DNA of 63,937 nucleotides from Pseudomonadota bacterium (GTDB lineage Bacteria > Pseudomonadota > Gammaproteobacteria > Burkholderiales > SG8-39). A program made the position numbers and the translations under genes. This document shows positions 53,992 through 62,854 of this stretch, piece by piece. How positions within the stretch are numbered: position 1 is the stretch's first letter; every line of letters starts with the position of its first letter. Where the stretch lies: NCBI GenBank assembly GCA_031376265.1, contig JANMDK010000362.1, forward strand, positions 1 to 63,937, given 5' to 3'. A model generated the notes under the pieces. That model saw nothing but the letters and a program-made list of their open reading frames with translations, was not told where the DNA came from and ran no database searches.

Positions 53992-54596
53992 GCGGCCCTC
54001 CGCTTCGACGACTCCAGGGTGCGGATCACGCGCTCGAAGTCCGCCGCGCGGATCTCGGTCAGGGCCGAGACGCGGAAGAACGCGAGGATGCGCTGCAGGC
54101 TCTGGCCGGATTGCGCGAGGAGGCCTTTGATGCGGATCACCTGCTCGGGCGTGATCGTGGCTGCCGCAGGATGCTTCGTGTCAGGGACGGCAGCGGGTGA
54201 CGTTGTGACGGTCGCTTCGGTCGCCGGCAGGTCTTCGCCGGCGTAGATGTACAAGCCGAGTCCGTGAAGCGCGATTGCCTTGACGAGCGCCCTCTGGATC
54301 GAAGTGTTCACGTCGAAGGAATTGGGAAGGTCGATCGGGCGGTTTTTGGAATCGAGGACGGGATGTATCTGGGACAAGGTGACGCCCTGCACAGTGACGG
54401 CGACTTCCACGAAGTAACCCGCCTCGGTCTTCAGGAAGGGCAGGCCGTCGAAGCGGAGGACGGTCCAGGTGGCGGCGGGATCGGCGAGCCGGAGCTGCGC
54501 GACCGCGAACGGCCAGGAGAGGTACGAGAAGTTGCCCTTCTTTTCGATGTGGCCGGAAACGTTGATTGAGTTGAGGTGCTGGAAATAGTTGTCCAT
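53988..54596 (-). CDS. Rad52-like single-strand annealing protein (DUF1071-type)
   Basis: 202 aa: KKGNFSYLSWPFAVAQL...ALVKAIALHGLGLYIYAGEDLP. Overlaps the exonuclease gene by 4 bp. Confidence 0.75.
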   Translation of the reverse strand: MDNYFQHLNSINVSGHIEKKGNFSYLSWPFAVAQLRLADPAATWTVLRFDGLPFLKTEAGYFVEVAVTVQGVTLSQIHPVLDSKNRPIDLPNSFDVNTSIQRALVKAIALHGLGLYIYAGEDLPATEATVTTSPAAVPDTKHPAAATITPEQVIRIKGLLAQSGQSLQRILAFFRVSALTEIRAADFERVIRTLESSKRRAA

Positions 54597-54612
54597 CGGG
54601 GACTCCTTGAGA

Positions 54613-54650
54613 GTGAAAAGAAAAGGCCCCGGAAACTGCTCCGAGGCCTT
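54613..54650 (-). terminator. Intrinsic-terminator-like hairpin 16 nt upstream of the annealase start codon
   Basis: The minus strand reads AAGGCCTCGG-agcagttt-CCGGGGCCTT (9 of 10 bp) followed by TTCTTTTCAC, then the AAGGAG RBS and the ATG at 54596. Confidence 0.55.
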
Positions 54651-54776
54651 GGGGGTGCGGGGGGGGCTAGAGCCCCGAACCGCGATGCTGAAAAGTATAT
54701 TAAATCAGTTATAAATCATGGATCTATACTGAATTTAGTATAGGAAATGGTGGCGTCACTCACCCCCTCCGGTCTC

Positions 54777-55115
54777 TTACGCCGTCAACCGGCCGTACTT
54801 GAGCAGCCGAGAGCGAACTCCGTGCTGGGTGCGCTGGTGCTCCAGCGCGAGCTCGGCAATCGCGCGGCCGGCGTCGAAGCCCGCGAGCAGCGTCCGGTCC
54901 TCGTCCTCGCTCCAAGGGGCGCCGGTCTTCATCGGGAGGCTTTCACGTCTGCGTTCCGTCTTTTCCCTGATTTCCAGGGCTTGGGCTGCGACGAACAGCG
55001 CCCTCACGGTCTGGGGGCGTTGATACGGCGACTCGGCCGAAAAAACTTCGCCGGTGTCCGGGTCAACCCCGTTGGCTAAGCTACGGACGACTTCCAATGC
55101 TTGGGTCTGGTTCAT
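54777..55115 (-). CDS. Hypothetical protein (ICE-associated type, Myb/SANT-like W-x-EDED segment)
   Basis: 112-aa ORF with a GGAG RBS upstream of the ATG at 55115. Confidence 0.5.
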   Translation of the reverse strand: MNQTQALEVVRSLANGVDPDTGEVFSAESPYQRPQTVRALFVAAQALEIREKTERRRESLPMKTGAPWSEDEDRTLLAGFDAGRAIAELALEHQRTQHGVRSRLLKYGRLTA

Positions 55116-55131
55116 GTAAATCTCCAGTTGG

Positions 55132-55311
55132 TTAAATTACGACGACGTACGGGAAAGCCGACGCGCCCTCGATGCGGGCACGCGGGGTACTACTTCTCTT
55201 GGTTCGGATGGCGCGGCGGATCGCCTCTTCCGGGGTGCGGGCGCGGCAGTCGAGCAGGGCGACGCCGGCGCATCCATCGGGGTCGCGGTAAGTGAGGCGA
55301 ACCATGAACAT
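55132..55311 (-). CDS. Possible 59-aa small protein (below the ORF-track cutoff)
   Basis: Manual translation gives MFMVRLTYRDPDGCAGVALLDCRARTPEEAIRRAIRTKRSSTPRARIEGASAFPYVVVI. It fills the gap between radC and the next gene. Confidence 0.3.
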   Translation of the reverse strand: MFMVRLTYRDPDGCAGVALLDCRARTPEEAIRRAIRTKRSSTPRARIEGASAFPYVVVI

Positions 55312-55319
55312 GCGGCGCT

Positions 55320-55757
55320 TTAAAGCAGCCCCCGCTCGGCGAACGAAAGAGTCGCCCGGCCGGCGATGATGAAATGGTCCAGCACGCGGACGTCCACCAA
55401 GGCGAGCGCGTCCCGCAAGTTCCGCGTGAGGAGCTCGTCGGCCTGGCTCGGCTCGGCGACGCCCGAAGGGTGGTTATGGCAAAGCAGCACTGCCGCAGCG
55501 TTGGCCTTGAGCGCGGCCTTGACCACCTCCCTCGGGTAAACCGAGGTCTGCGTGAGCGTGCCTCGGAACAATTCCTCCACGCTCAGTACATGGTGCTGGG
55601 CATCAAGGAAGATCGTCATGAAGACTTCGTGCTGACGATCGGCGAGCGCGAGGCGCAGGTAGTCGCGTACGGCCTGCGGGCTTGTGAGGGCGCTTCCGCT
55701 GCGCATCCGGCCCTCGAGGATCCTGAGGGCCCGGGCGATAGTCTGGTCTTCGGTCAT
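55320..55757 (-). CDS. radC: RadC-like JAB/MPN domain protein
   Basis: 145 aa with the JAMM motif [14 protein letters not shown]. Confidence 0.88.
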   Translation of the reverse strand: MTEDQTIARALRILEGRMRSGSALTSPQAVRDYLRLALADRQHEVFMTIFLDAQHHVLSVEELFRGTLTQTSVYPREVVKAALKANAAAVLLCHNHPSGVAEPSQADELLTRNLRDALALVDVRVLDHFIIAGRATLSFAERGLL

Positions 55758-55838
55758 GAAATGGCTCCTATTACAGATCTAGTATGAAAGCGCCCGAGAC
55801 AGCCATGAGGCCATCGCCGGGCGCAGTGGGGAGGTAGT

Positions 55839-56735
55839 TCAGGCGGCGAGCGCTTCGGCCTCCGGGCTGGGCTCGATGCAGGCGGTGCGCAAGACAAAGT
55901 CCGCTGCGGCCTGTGCCTTGGCTGCCGCCGTGAAGATGAGCCGCCGGTCGCCTCGCAGTGCTTGGAGCCAGGCCTCGATGTACGTCGCGTGCTCAAGTCG
56001 GGCGGGCAGGGCACAGTGAGCGCAAAGAAATGCCGCGCCCATCTCGGCTACCAACTCCTCAAACGCGTAGGCCTCTAGCCCGTGCCGCCGGCCCAGGGGG
56101 CGGTTGCAGCGAGTGGGATGTCCTGTCCAGTGGCTCAGCTCGTGCAGCAGCGTCGCGTAGAAGGCGTCGGCCGCGTCGAAGCTCGAACGCGGGGGCAGCT
56201 GGATCGAGTCGTCGGTCGGCGAGTAGAACGCCCGGTTGCCGTCCTCGCGAACAACGGCCCCGGAGCAGGCGACGACGTGTTCGGCCTCCTCGACCGGGGA
56301 CCACGGGGGTGGCTCAGGCTTCCGCACCAGCTCGGGTGGCAGTCCCTCGATCTGACCGACGTTGAACACGGTGAACGTGCGCAGCATCGGCACGACCCGG
56401 GGCTCGGGCTCGCCTTCAGGCCGGTCGGCGTCGGGTACCTCGCGCCACCGGAAAAATACGATCGGAGCGCCGTGCTCGCCCTTGCGGACGTGGCCGCCGG
56501 GGAGGGCGGGCGGCCGGCAGGTCAGCCAGCGGCTGTCACGGAAACCCCGAAGCTGGGCTTCGAGATGAAGAAGCAGCACGTTGATGCCGCGATAGCGGCG
56601 GGCCGTGGCTGCGTTTGAGGGAAGGCCGTCGTCGGAATCGGCCCACGGCTGGATCCACGGCGGAACGCCGGCTTCGAGCGACGCAACGATGCGCTCGGTA
56701 ACGCGGGTGTAAATGTCGTTCATTCGATTCTCCAA
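55839..56735 (-). CDS. ardC: ArdC-like antirestriction protein (ssDNA-binding N-domain plus zincin-like metalloprotease)
   Basis: 298 aa: VASLEAGVPPWIQPW, RYRGINVLLL, and HELSHWTGH. Confidence 0.85.
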   Translation of the reverse strand: MENRMNDIYTRVTERIVASLEAGVPPWIQPWADSDDGLPSNAATARRYRGINVLLLHLEAQLRGFRDSRWLTCRPPALPGGHVRKGEHGAPIVFFRWREVPDADRPEGEPEPRVVPMLRTFTVFNVGQIEGLPPELVRKPEPPPWSPVEEAEHVVACSGAVVREDGNRAFYSPTDDSIQLPPRSSFDAADAFYATLLHELSHWTGHPTRCNRPLGRRHGLEAYAFEELVAEMGAAFLCAHCALPARLEHATYIEAWLQALRGDRRLIFTAAAKAQAAADFVLRTACIEPSPEAEALAA

Positions 56736-56875
56736 ATGGAAAGCCCCGGTGACCGCTGTTACGCGGGCCGGGGCTTGGGGTGGGAGGGGCTACTTGAGGA
56801 GGGCGCGCAGACCGATTCGAACGACCTGCCGGGCGAGCTCAGCGACGGCAGCGCCCAGGGCGATGTCGCTTACGC

Positions 56876-57154
56876 TCACCGCACGGCGACGTGAAATATT
56901 CCGGGCTTGTAGTTCTTCCCGTCGTGCGATCCGAAGAGCCGCTTCGCGCTCGAGGTCGCGATCGAGGTCAGTAGCCCCGCGACCGTGGCTGCGGCCAGTC
57001 CGCTGAACGTCCCGAAATGAACCATCAGGACTACCGCCGAGACCAGGAGGTCCAGCGCCATGTCGTGGTGCAGGGCTCTGAGCATCAGGCGGCGCGGGAG
57101 CTTCGCAAGGATGAACGCCAAGCCGAGGAAAATCACCAGCCCTGTGGTGAACAT
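56876..57154 (-). CDS. Small membrane protein (hypothetical)
   Basis: 92 aa with three predicted hydrophobic helices. Confidence 0.5.
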   Translation of the reverse strand: MFTTGLVIFLGLAFILAKLPRRLMLRALHHDMALDLLVSAVVLMVHFGTFSGLAAATVAGLLTSIATSSAKRLFGSHDGKNYKPGIFHVAVR

Positions 57155-57166
57155 CGTCCGCGGCCT

Positions 57167-57490
57167 TCAGGACTTTGGGGAGCGCGAGGGCTCCTGCACG
57201 ACCAGCGCGGAAGCAAAGCCCTTGGCGTACGCCCAGCCTCGCTGTGCGCGCGGCACTACGACGTGCTTGTTGACGGCCTTCGCAGTGATCACGGCCAGCT
57301 CGCCCGTCGTCACGAAGCCATCGACGATGCTCACGCCGGTGTCTTTCACGAAGAACGCGGCACCTACGGCCTTGTCCTTTGCGTACTTGACGCTGTTGAC
57401 CGCTGCCGTCTTGAGCCGTGTCGCATCTCTCTGCCCGCGCTTAGTCGCTCGGGTGATCTCTGCCTGCTTCATCGAAATATCTCCTGTCAT
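57167..57490 (-). CDS. Hypothetical protein
   Basis: 107-aa ORF immediately upstream of the small membrane protein gene. The start is uncertain (57490 or 57472). Confidence 0.4.
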   Translation of the reverse strand: MTGDISMKQAEITRATKRGQRDATRLKTAAVNSVKYAKDKAVGAAFFVKDTGVSIVDGFVTTGELAVITAKAVNKHVVVPRAQRGWAYAKGFASALVVQEPSRSPKS

Positions 57491-57911
57491 GGCGTAGCAA
57501 GTCGCTACACGACAGAGGGACAGGGCGCGAAGCGCTTTTTCGCTGAGCGCTTAAAGCGAAGCATGCTTTCGGCCAGGGAAAACCGAATCCGAAGTGGGGG
57601 GGCGAATCGGAAGGGGGTGGGGTGGACCTCGCGGGGTCTCGGAGATAAAAAAATAATTTCTGGAAATTCCGGGGCGTTTTTCTCCTGAACTGCCGGCCGC
57701 CGGATACCCTCTGCGGGACTCGCTGGGTCGCACCTACCGAATGGTTTATTGTGGTGCAGCGAACTTCCGCAACAGGCCGGTTTCGACCCAGAGCGGCCGG
57801 TCGCGGTGTAGAGTTTTCACCCGTCAGTATCAAGAGGGCGTGTCGCCTTTCAATTCAAATGCCAGGTATCCCGCCGCGCGACCTGAAAACATGAAAGGGG
57901 AAGAGAATCGA

Positions 57912-58919
57912 ATGAGCACGCGTCGAAATATTCTTGTAGCGCTGCTGCTAAACACGCTATTCACTGTCGCGTATATGCCGCTGGTCTGCGCGGCACCGCC
58001 GCCCGGAAAGATTCTGCGGGTCGGCTTACTCGATTTCCTGCGCGAGAAATTCGACCCCGAGACGATTCCGTATCAGCGCGCATTGGTGGAAGGACTGCGG
58101 GCGCTTGGGTACGAGCCAGGACGCGACATCAGATTCGAGTTCAGGGGCGCCGCAGGGAACGCGGAACGCCTGCCGGGACTCGCCGCCGAGCTCGTACGGC
58201 TGAGAGTTGACGTGCTCATCACTTATTTGAACCCGTCGACGCTTGCCGCAATGCAGGCGACCAAGACAATCCCGATCGTGATGCTCGGAGTTACCGATCC
58301 CGTGGCCAGCGGTATCGTTGCGAGCCTTGCGCGACCCGGAGGCAACATCACAGGCGTGGCCATCAATGCAGCGGAGATAAGCGCAAAACGCGTCCAGCTC
58401 CTGAAGGAGGCGGTGCCCAAGCTCTCCCGCGTCGCGGTGCTCTGGAATTCCAGTCTCAAATCCATGACCATGCAATTCCAGGAAATAGAGACGGCCTCGC
58501 CAAAGTTGGGCGTCACTATCCAGTCGCTCCGCGTGTCGGGCTCAGAAGATATCGACAAGGCGTTGGCGGCCATCGAGAAGGGTCGTGCTGGCGGACTCGT
58601 CGTGCTGTTCGGGCCCATGCGCGGTGACGATTTGCCGAAAATTGTTGATTTCGTGACCCGCAACAAGCTTCCTACGATTTTCGAGGTTGGCCGCGGTGTC
58701 CAGGGTGGCGGACTCATGGAGTTCGGCCCGAATCTCCCCGAGCGCGCGCGTTATGTCGGGATTTTCGTTGACAAGATCGCGAATGGCGCGAAGCCGGCAG
58801 ACATGCCCGTTGAGGAGCCGACCGTGTTTCAGTTCATCATCAACCTCAAGGCTGCGAAGTCGATGGGACTAACCATCCCTCAGTCCCTCCTCCTGCGGGC
58901 GGACGCAGTGATTGAGTGA
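57912..58919 (+). CDS. ABC transporter substrate-binding protein (orphan, ABC_sub_bind-like)
   Basis: The ATG at 57912 follows a GAAAGGGGAAGAG RBS. Signal/TM MSTRRNILVALLLNTLFTVAYMPLVCA, then KILRVGLLDF.... Confidence 0.75.
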   Translation: MSTRRNILVALLLNTLFTVAYMPLVCAAPPPGKILRVGLLDFLREKFDPETIPYQRALVEGLRALGYEPGRDIRFEFRGAAGNAERLPGLAAELVRLRVDVLITYLNPSTLAAMQATKTIPIVMLGVTDPVASGIVASLARPGGNITGVAINAAEISAKRVQLLKEAVPKLSRVAVLWNSSLKSMTMQFQEIETASPKLGVTIQSLRVSGSEDIDKALAAIEKGRAGGLVVLFGPMRGDDLPKIVDFVTRNKLPTIFEVGRGVQGGGLMEFGPNLPERARYVGIFVDKIANGAKPADMPVEEPTVFQFIINLKAAKSMGLTIPQSLLLRADAVIE

Positions 58920-59039
58920 CGTGTCCGCGACCGTCCGCTCCTGGCCGATTGCGGAAGTCGTCGACCACTGATTCTTGGCCAGCGCCCGTACCCTGATACC
59001 GGGTATCGCTTCCTGACTCACTCTGTAACGGGGTGAACC

Positions 59040-61046
59040 TCACCCGCCGGTCGCGGTGCCGTGGGCCTGCATGGGCTCTAGCTTGGGGGCGCCGTAAGTC
59101 GCGTGGAAATCGGGGTTCTGCTTCTGTCCAATGCCCTCGCGGACCACCAAGGGGACCCCTAGAAGCCGCACCAGCGCGTCCTTGGTCTCGTGGACGGGCA
59201 GGATGCTCAGCGCGTGGCTGCGCCGCTTCTGGGCGCCCACCCCGTACTCGTAGCTTAAAGTGGTCAAACTTCTAATAAATATACTATTAGAAAAATGACC
59301 ACTTTTACGCCCCGCGCGCAGATCAGTGCGGGCCGCGTCCTTCGTCGGCCAAAGGTCCGGGAACCGCTTCGACAGCCATGCCGGGTTGAGGGGCAGGACT
59401 CCGCGGAGCTGTTCCCAGGCCCGGTCGAGCCGGGTCCGATAAAGCAGACTTTTGAGGTCCACAAGCTCGTCGATCTCAAGACCCAGCGGAATGTTCGACA
59501 CGACGATCACGCGTTTGGGCACCGCGGCGTGGATCAGGCGAAGCCGGTCAATCGCTTGGGTCGATTCGCCCTCCCGGATCTGCTCTTGCAGCCGCTGGAC
59601 CCGGGGGTCGGGATGCACTGGGACCTCGATTTCCATCGACTTGCCCGGGTCCTTGAAGCGGTAGGGCCGCCTTTCAGCCACGAATTCTTCAGCAAAGCCC
59701 AGCGGCGTCTCGCTGTCGAACCAGAATGCCCGGGCCAGATCCTCGAGCTCAGCGATCGGGGGCTGGTTCCGGCCGACGATGATCACGGTGTCGAACTCCT
59801 TGTAAACATCGACCCCCCGCAACGCGCCGAAATGCGCCAAGGCGCCGTTCGGCGGGCAGCTCACTAGTGGCACGATGCCCTTCTTGGGGTTCCCCGTGAT
59901 CTTCTGCGGCCCCGCGACAAGAACTTTCGTTTTCCCGCCGGCGGATTCGTATCTGATTAGCTCGTTCAGTCCCGCCACGTTCTTCGCTGCCCGCTCCTTA
60001 GGGTTGGGGCCAGCATTCTCCCAGGCGGCAAATGACGCGGTTGCTCCGCGAGAGCTGTGGCACTGCACGACGTACGCGTTGCGGCTCACCGGAATGTCCT
60101 TGAAAGTGAGCTCCCGGAACCACGCCCGAATGAGCTCAGGATCGGCATTCGCGTCGATGACGATGATAGGTGGTTCGTCGGGCGCGGCCCGAAAGCGAGT
60201 GATCGGTTTGCGGTAGTGCAGTTTGAGCGCCTTCTTTTCGTAGTCGTAGGAGACGCCGTGGCTTTCGTCCCGCCCAGTAGGCAGCTCTGCCTCAAGAATC
60301 TCCATCAGCAGGTCCAGCCGAACGCGCGGCTCGCCGGGGAGATTTTTTAGCGCTTCCTCGTCGCTATTGAACGGGTTAAACGACATGCCCATCGAGATGT
60401 CGTCACGCACCTCCTGCAGAATCTCCGCTGTCAGGCCCGCTGACCTGAGTTCGGCAAGCAGCGGCTTGCGCTCGTCGACGGCGCTGAACACTTTCGATAG
60501 CACGCACGCAATCACCACATCCTCATCCGCTTTCTTTTCGAGTCGGCCCCGCGGACACTGATAGTTCAGCAGGCAGGTCGAGAGGAACGACTCATCGACG
60601 ATGACGAGACTGGGGTGCGTGTTCTCCTTGCTGTTCCGGGGCAGGGGCAGGTAGGCGTGGGTGTAAATGAGGACCCGCGCGTCTGACTCGAATTGCCCCA
60701 AGTAGCTGCAGTCATCGAAATATTCACATCGTTTAAAGCTGAATTTGTCCCCAGGCGTTTGGGCGCCCATGCAAATGACCGGAAAGACGTGATAGCCGAT
60801 GCGTGCAATGGCGCCCGCCAAGACGTGCTTCTGGCACATCGTCTGGCCCGGCTCCGACTCTTGCTCTCGGCCAAGAATGACCAGGGCCGTCTCGCCCAGG
60901 GTGACGAGTTTGGCGTGTATCTCGCGTGCCAGGGCCAGTGTGGGCACGTAGATCTCGATCCGCTTGTGTGACGAGGTTTTGATCTTCTCGATGACAAGGC
61001 TCGTCTTCCCCAGCCCTGCCGGAGCCTTCACAACGAGCGCGGTCAT
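59040..61046 (-). CDS. P-loop NTPase / putative replicative helicase of the island
   Basis: 668 aa. Walker A KAPAGLGKTS and Walker B LVIVDESF. Overlaps the upstream primase-like gene by 4 bp. The 3' boundary is doubtful because of the AT-rich palindrome at 59257-59305. Confidence 0.6.
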   Translation of the reverse strand: MTALVVKAPAGLGKTSLVIEKIKTSSHKRIEIYVPTLALAREIHAKLVTLGETALVILGREQESEPGQTMCQKHVLAGAIARIGYHVFPVICMGAQTPGDKFSFKRCEYFDDCSYLGQFESDARVLIYTHAYLPLPRNSKENTHPSLVIVDESFLSTCLLNYQCPRGRLEKKADEDVVIACVLSKVFSAVDERKPLLAELRSAGLTAEILQEVRDDISMGMSFNPFNSDEEALKNLPGEPRVRLDLLMEILEAELPTGRDESHGVSYDYEKKALKLHYRKPITRFRAAPDEPPIIVIDANADPELIRAWFRELTFKDIPVSRNAYVVQCHSSRGATASFAAWENAGPNPKERAAKNVAGLNELIRYESAGGKTKVLVAGPQKITGNPKKGIVPLVSCPPNGALAHFGALRGVDVYKEFDTVIIVGRNQPPIAELEDLARAFWFDSETPLGFAEEFVAERRPYRFKDPGKSMEIEVPVHPDPRVQRLQEQIREGESTQAIDRLRLIHAAVPKRVIVVSNIPLGLEIDELVDLKSLLYRTRLDRAWEQLRGVLPLNPAWLSKRFPDLWPTKDAARTDLRAGRKSGHFSNSIFIRSLTTLSYEYGVGAQKRRSHALSILPVHETKDALVRLLGVPLVVREGIGQKQNPDFHATYGAPKLEPMQAHGTATGG
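59257..59305. repeat. Nested AT-rich palindrome inside the helicase-like ORF
   Basis: Outer arms AAAGTGGTCA (59257-59266) and TGACCACTTT (59296-59305). Inner arms TTCTAATA (59270-59277) and TATTAGAA (59285-59292). Confidence 0.9.
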
Positions 61047-62215
61047 TTTTCTGGAACGCCTATGATTCCATTAAGGGCCTCGGAGAGCGCCTTGTAAGCT
61101 TCGTCGGGCGATAGGCTGCTCGGCCGCTCCAAAGGGGATGTGTCTGAGGTAAGGCGCGAACGCCTGCGGGAGATTGTTACGTCCCCGTATTTCACGAGCG
61201 CTCCCTCGATCGCGACCATGATGTGGTCGCGGCTTGCCATGAGAGCTATGTAGTCGTCGTCGTGTTGCGAGCGGTCCGCTTCCATGACGCGCTTGCTGAC
61301 GAATTCGAATAGTTTCTCCGGGTCCGTGCCGTCCCGTCCGTTGGCACGGACGTAGCTTGCGATTGCGCGGATGATTGGCTCGTGGAAACCCTCCCCGCCC
61401 GGGTGGTCACCTATCTTTGCCAGCCACCCCTCAAACCCCAATCCCGGCTCGAAATCGCCCGCCACGGCTGGTGACCGCTGCGCCTCGGGCGCTTCTATTG
61501 CGCGGATCGAGACCGCAGCGGAGCCCTTCATCACCAGACCCGAACGAACCGGGAACGGATTGTCTACACCTTCGAAGATCGGTGCCGCCGTGTAGTGAGC
61601 CTGGACGTCATTGAACAATGCGGGGTCGATGAGCTTGGTATTGACGCGGCTGTTCACTGCCTTCGCCCACGTCTTGAGTGCTTCGTCCGTCCAGGGCTCG
61701 GACAGCCAGAACCAAAGGTGCACTGAGACCTTGCTAGGATCGCCCATGCCTGCACTTGACGAGAGCTGATAATGATAGGAGACGTCGTGGAATTCCTCCG
61801 GCAATAGAGTAGTTAGGTGCTGAAGAACCCCTTCGAAATCACGCGAAAGGTCAAGCCCGACCGGCAGCGCAATCTTGTCAATGTCGATCAATGCCCACCG
61901 CCGGCCGATAGCGGGTGTCGCAAAATTCTTCTTCGTACGTCTAACGTTTGTGTGCGACAACCCCTGGACGGGCGAGCCTCGTATTACGAACGAGGTGGAC
62001 ATGTCCTCAAGCGCGAGTAGGACTGCCGATAGATCCCTGATGTTTTCAACCGTCCGAATCAACACTCCAAATAGCGCGCCTGCGTTAAATCCTTTGACAG
62101 TTATCGAGTCGTCGCCCTCCCGCGTGAAGCGCTTCGAGGCGCTGAAGTTGGGAGGGCAGATCAGGATAGTTATTTGATCCTTCGCGGCGTTGTCCTCCAG
62201 CCTGGCTTTATTCAT
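61043..62215 (-). CDS. Archaeo-eukaryotic-primase (AEP/prim-pol)-like replication protein
   Basis: Motif-I-like WALIDIDK (DxD), motif-II-like KVSVHLWFW (sxH), and motif-III-like FNDVQAHY. Starts at ATG 62215 or 62233. Confidence 0.5.
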   Translation of the reverse strand: MNKARLEDNAAKDQITILICPPNFSASKRFTREGDDSITVKGFNAGALFGVLIRTVENIRDLSAVLLALEDMSTSFVIRGSPVQGLSHTNVRRTKKNFATPAIGRRWALIDIDKIALPVGLDLSRDFEGVLQHLTTLLPEEFHDVSYHYQLSSSAGMGDPSKVSVHLWFWLSEPWTDEALKTWAKAVNSRVNTKLIDPALFNDVQAHYTAAPIFEGVDNPFPVRSGLVMKGSAAVSIRAIEAPEAQRSPAVAGDFEPGLGFEGWLAKIGDHPGGEGFHEPIIRAIASYVRANGRDGTDPEKLFEFVSKRVMEADRSQHDDDYIALMASRDHIMVAIEGALVKYGDVTISRRRSRLTSDTSPLERPSSLSPDEAYKALSEALNGIIGVPEK

Positions 62216-62579
62216 CGAGCAACTTGAAGGCATGCTCGGTCACGTTACCGAAAGCCTCCCAATATGCTTTCGGGAGAACGTCCCTGCGTACTTCCGAATC
62301 GGATAGGTCACCGGCTACGGCTGCGATAATTCCATCCGGCCACTGCATTACTTCAACGCCGCCGGTGAAACCCATCAGACGGTACATTTTTGCGATTGCC
62401 CTCGCTGAAGGGTGAGCCGCAGCATCGTCCGGATCAATCCTCTTCGCTGTGGCGATCAACATATCCTCCGAAGGAAACTGCGCCCGTTCCTTGCGAAGCG
62501 TCAGCGCGACGGCGTGGGACAGTTGTTTCTCGATCGTGTACTTTTCCGCTTTCGTCAAGTTCGTCTTCTTGGTTTTCAT
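62208..62579 (-). CDS. Hypothetical protein
   Basis: The internal ATG at 62579 (MKTKKTNLTKAEK) overlaps the upstream gene's stop. 123 aa. Confidence 0.45.
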   Translation of the reverse strand: MKTKKTNLTKAEKYTIEKQLSHAVALTLRKERAQFPSEDMLIATAKRIDPDDAAAHPSARAIAKMYRLMGFTGGVEVMQWPDGIIAAVAGDLSDSEVRRDVLPKAYWEAFGNVTEHAFKLLDE

Positions 62580-62854
62580 GGTTGCTTTTCCTTTATTTGT
62601 ATCGGCCCTATAGAGCCTCGAATGGCGGCCTGATGAGCTTGAGCGAGGGTCTGATACCAAAGCTCACCTTCATCAGGGTTCACTTGGACCGCGATAGCCA
62701 CGCCGTCGGAAAACTGAACAAAATTCAGAGGCTTACCCGCTCTGCGCGCGACGGCAAGCATGATTTTCATGGTCGCCAGTTCCGCGGAGTCGAGAGCTGC
62801 CTCTTCGGGTGTGACGATGCGGGCGGAAGTGATGAGTGGGTCGCGGGAAGTCAT
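62576..62854 (-). CDS. Hypothetical protein
   Basis: 92-aa ORF coupled by 4-bp overlaps to both neighbours. Confidence 0.45.
   Translation of the reverse strand: MTSRDPLITSARIVTPEEAALDSAELATMKIMLAVARRAGKPLNFVQFSDGVAIAVQVNPDEGELWYQTLAQAHQAAIRGSIGPIQIKEKQP

Noticed and set aside
57593-57625. G-tracts (GGGGGGG...GGGGG.GGGG.GG) as a potential G-quadruplex. A similar run lies at 54651-54669.
   Set aside because: G-runs are common in high-GC genomes. Without structure probing there is no positional or functional support.
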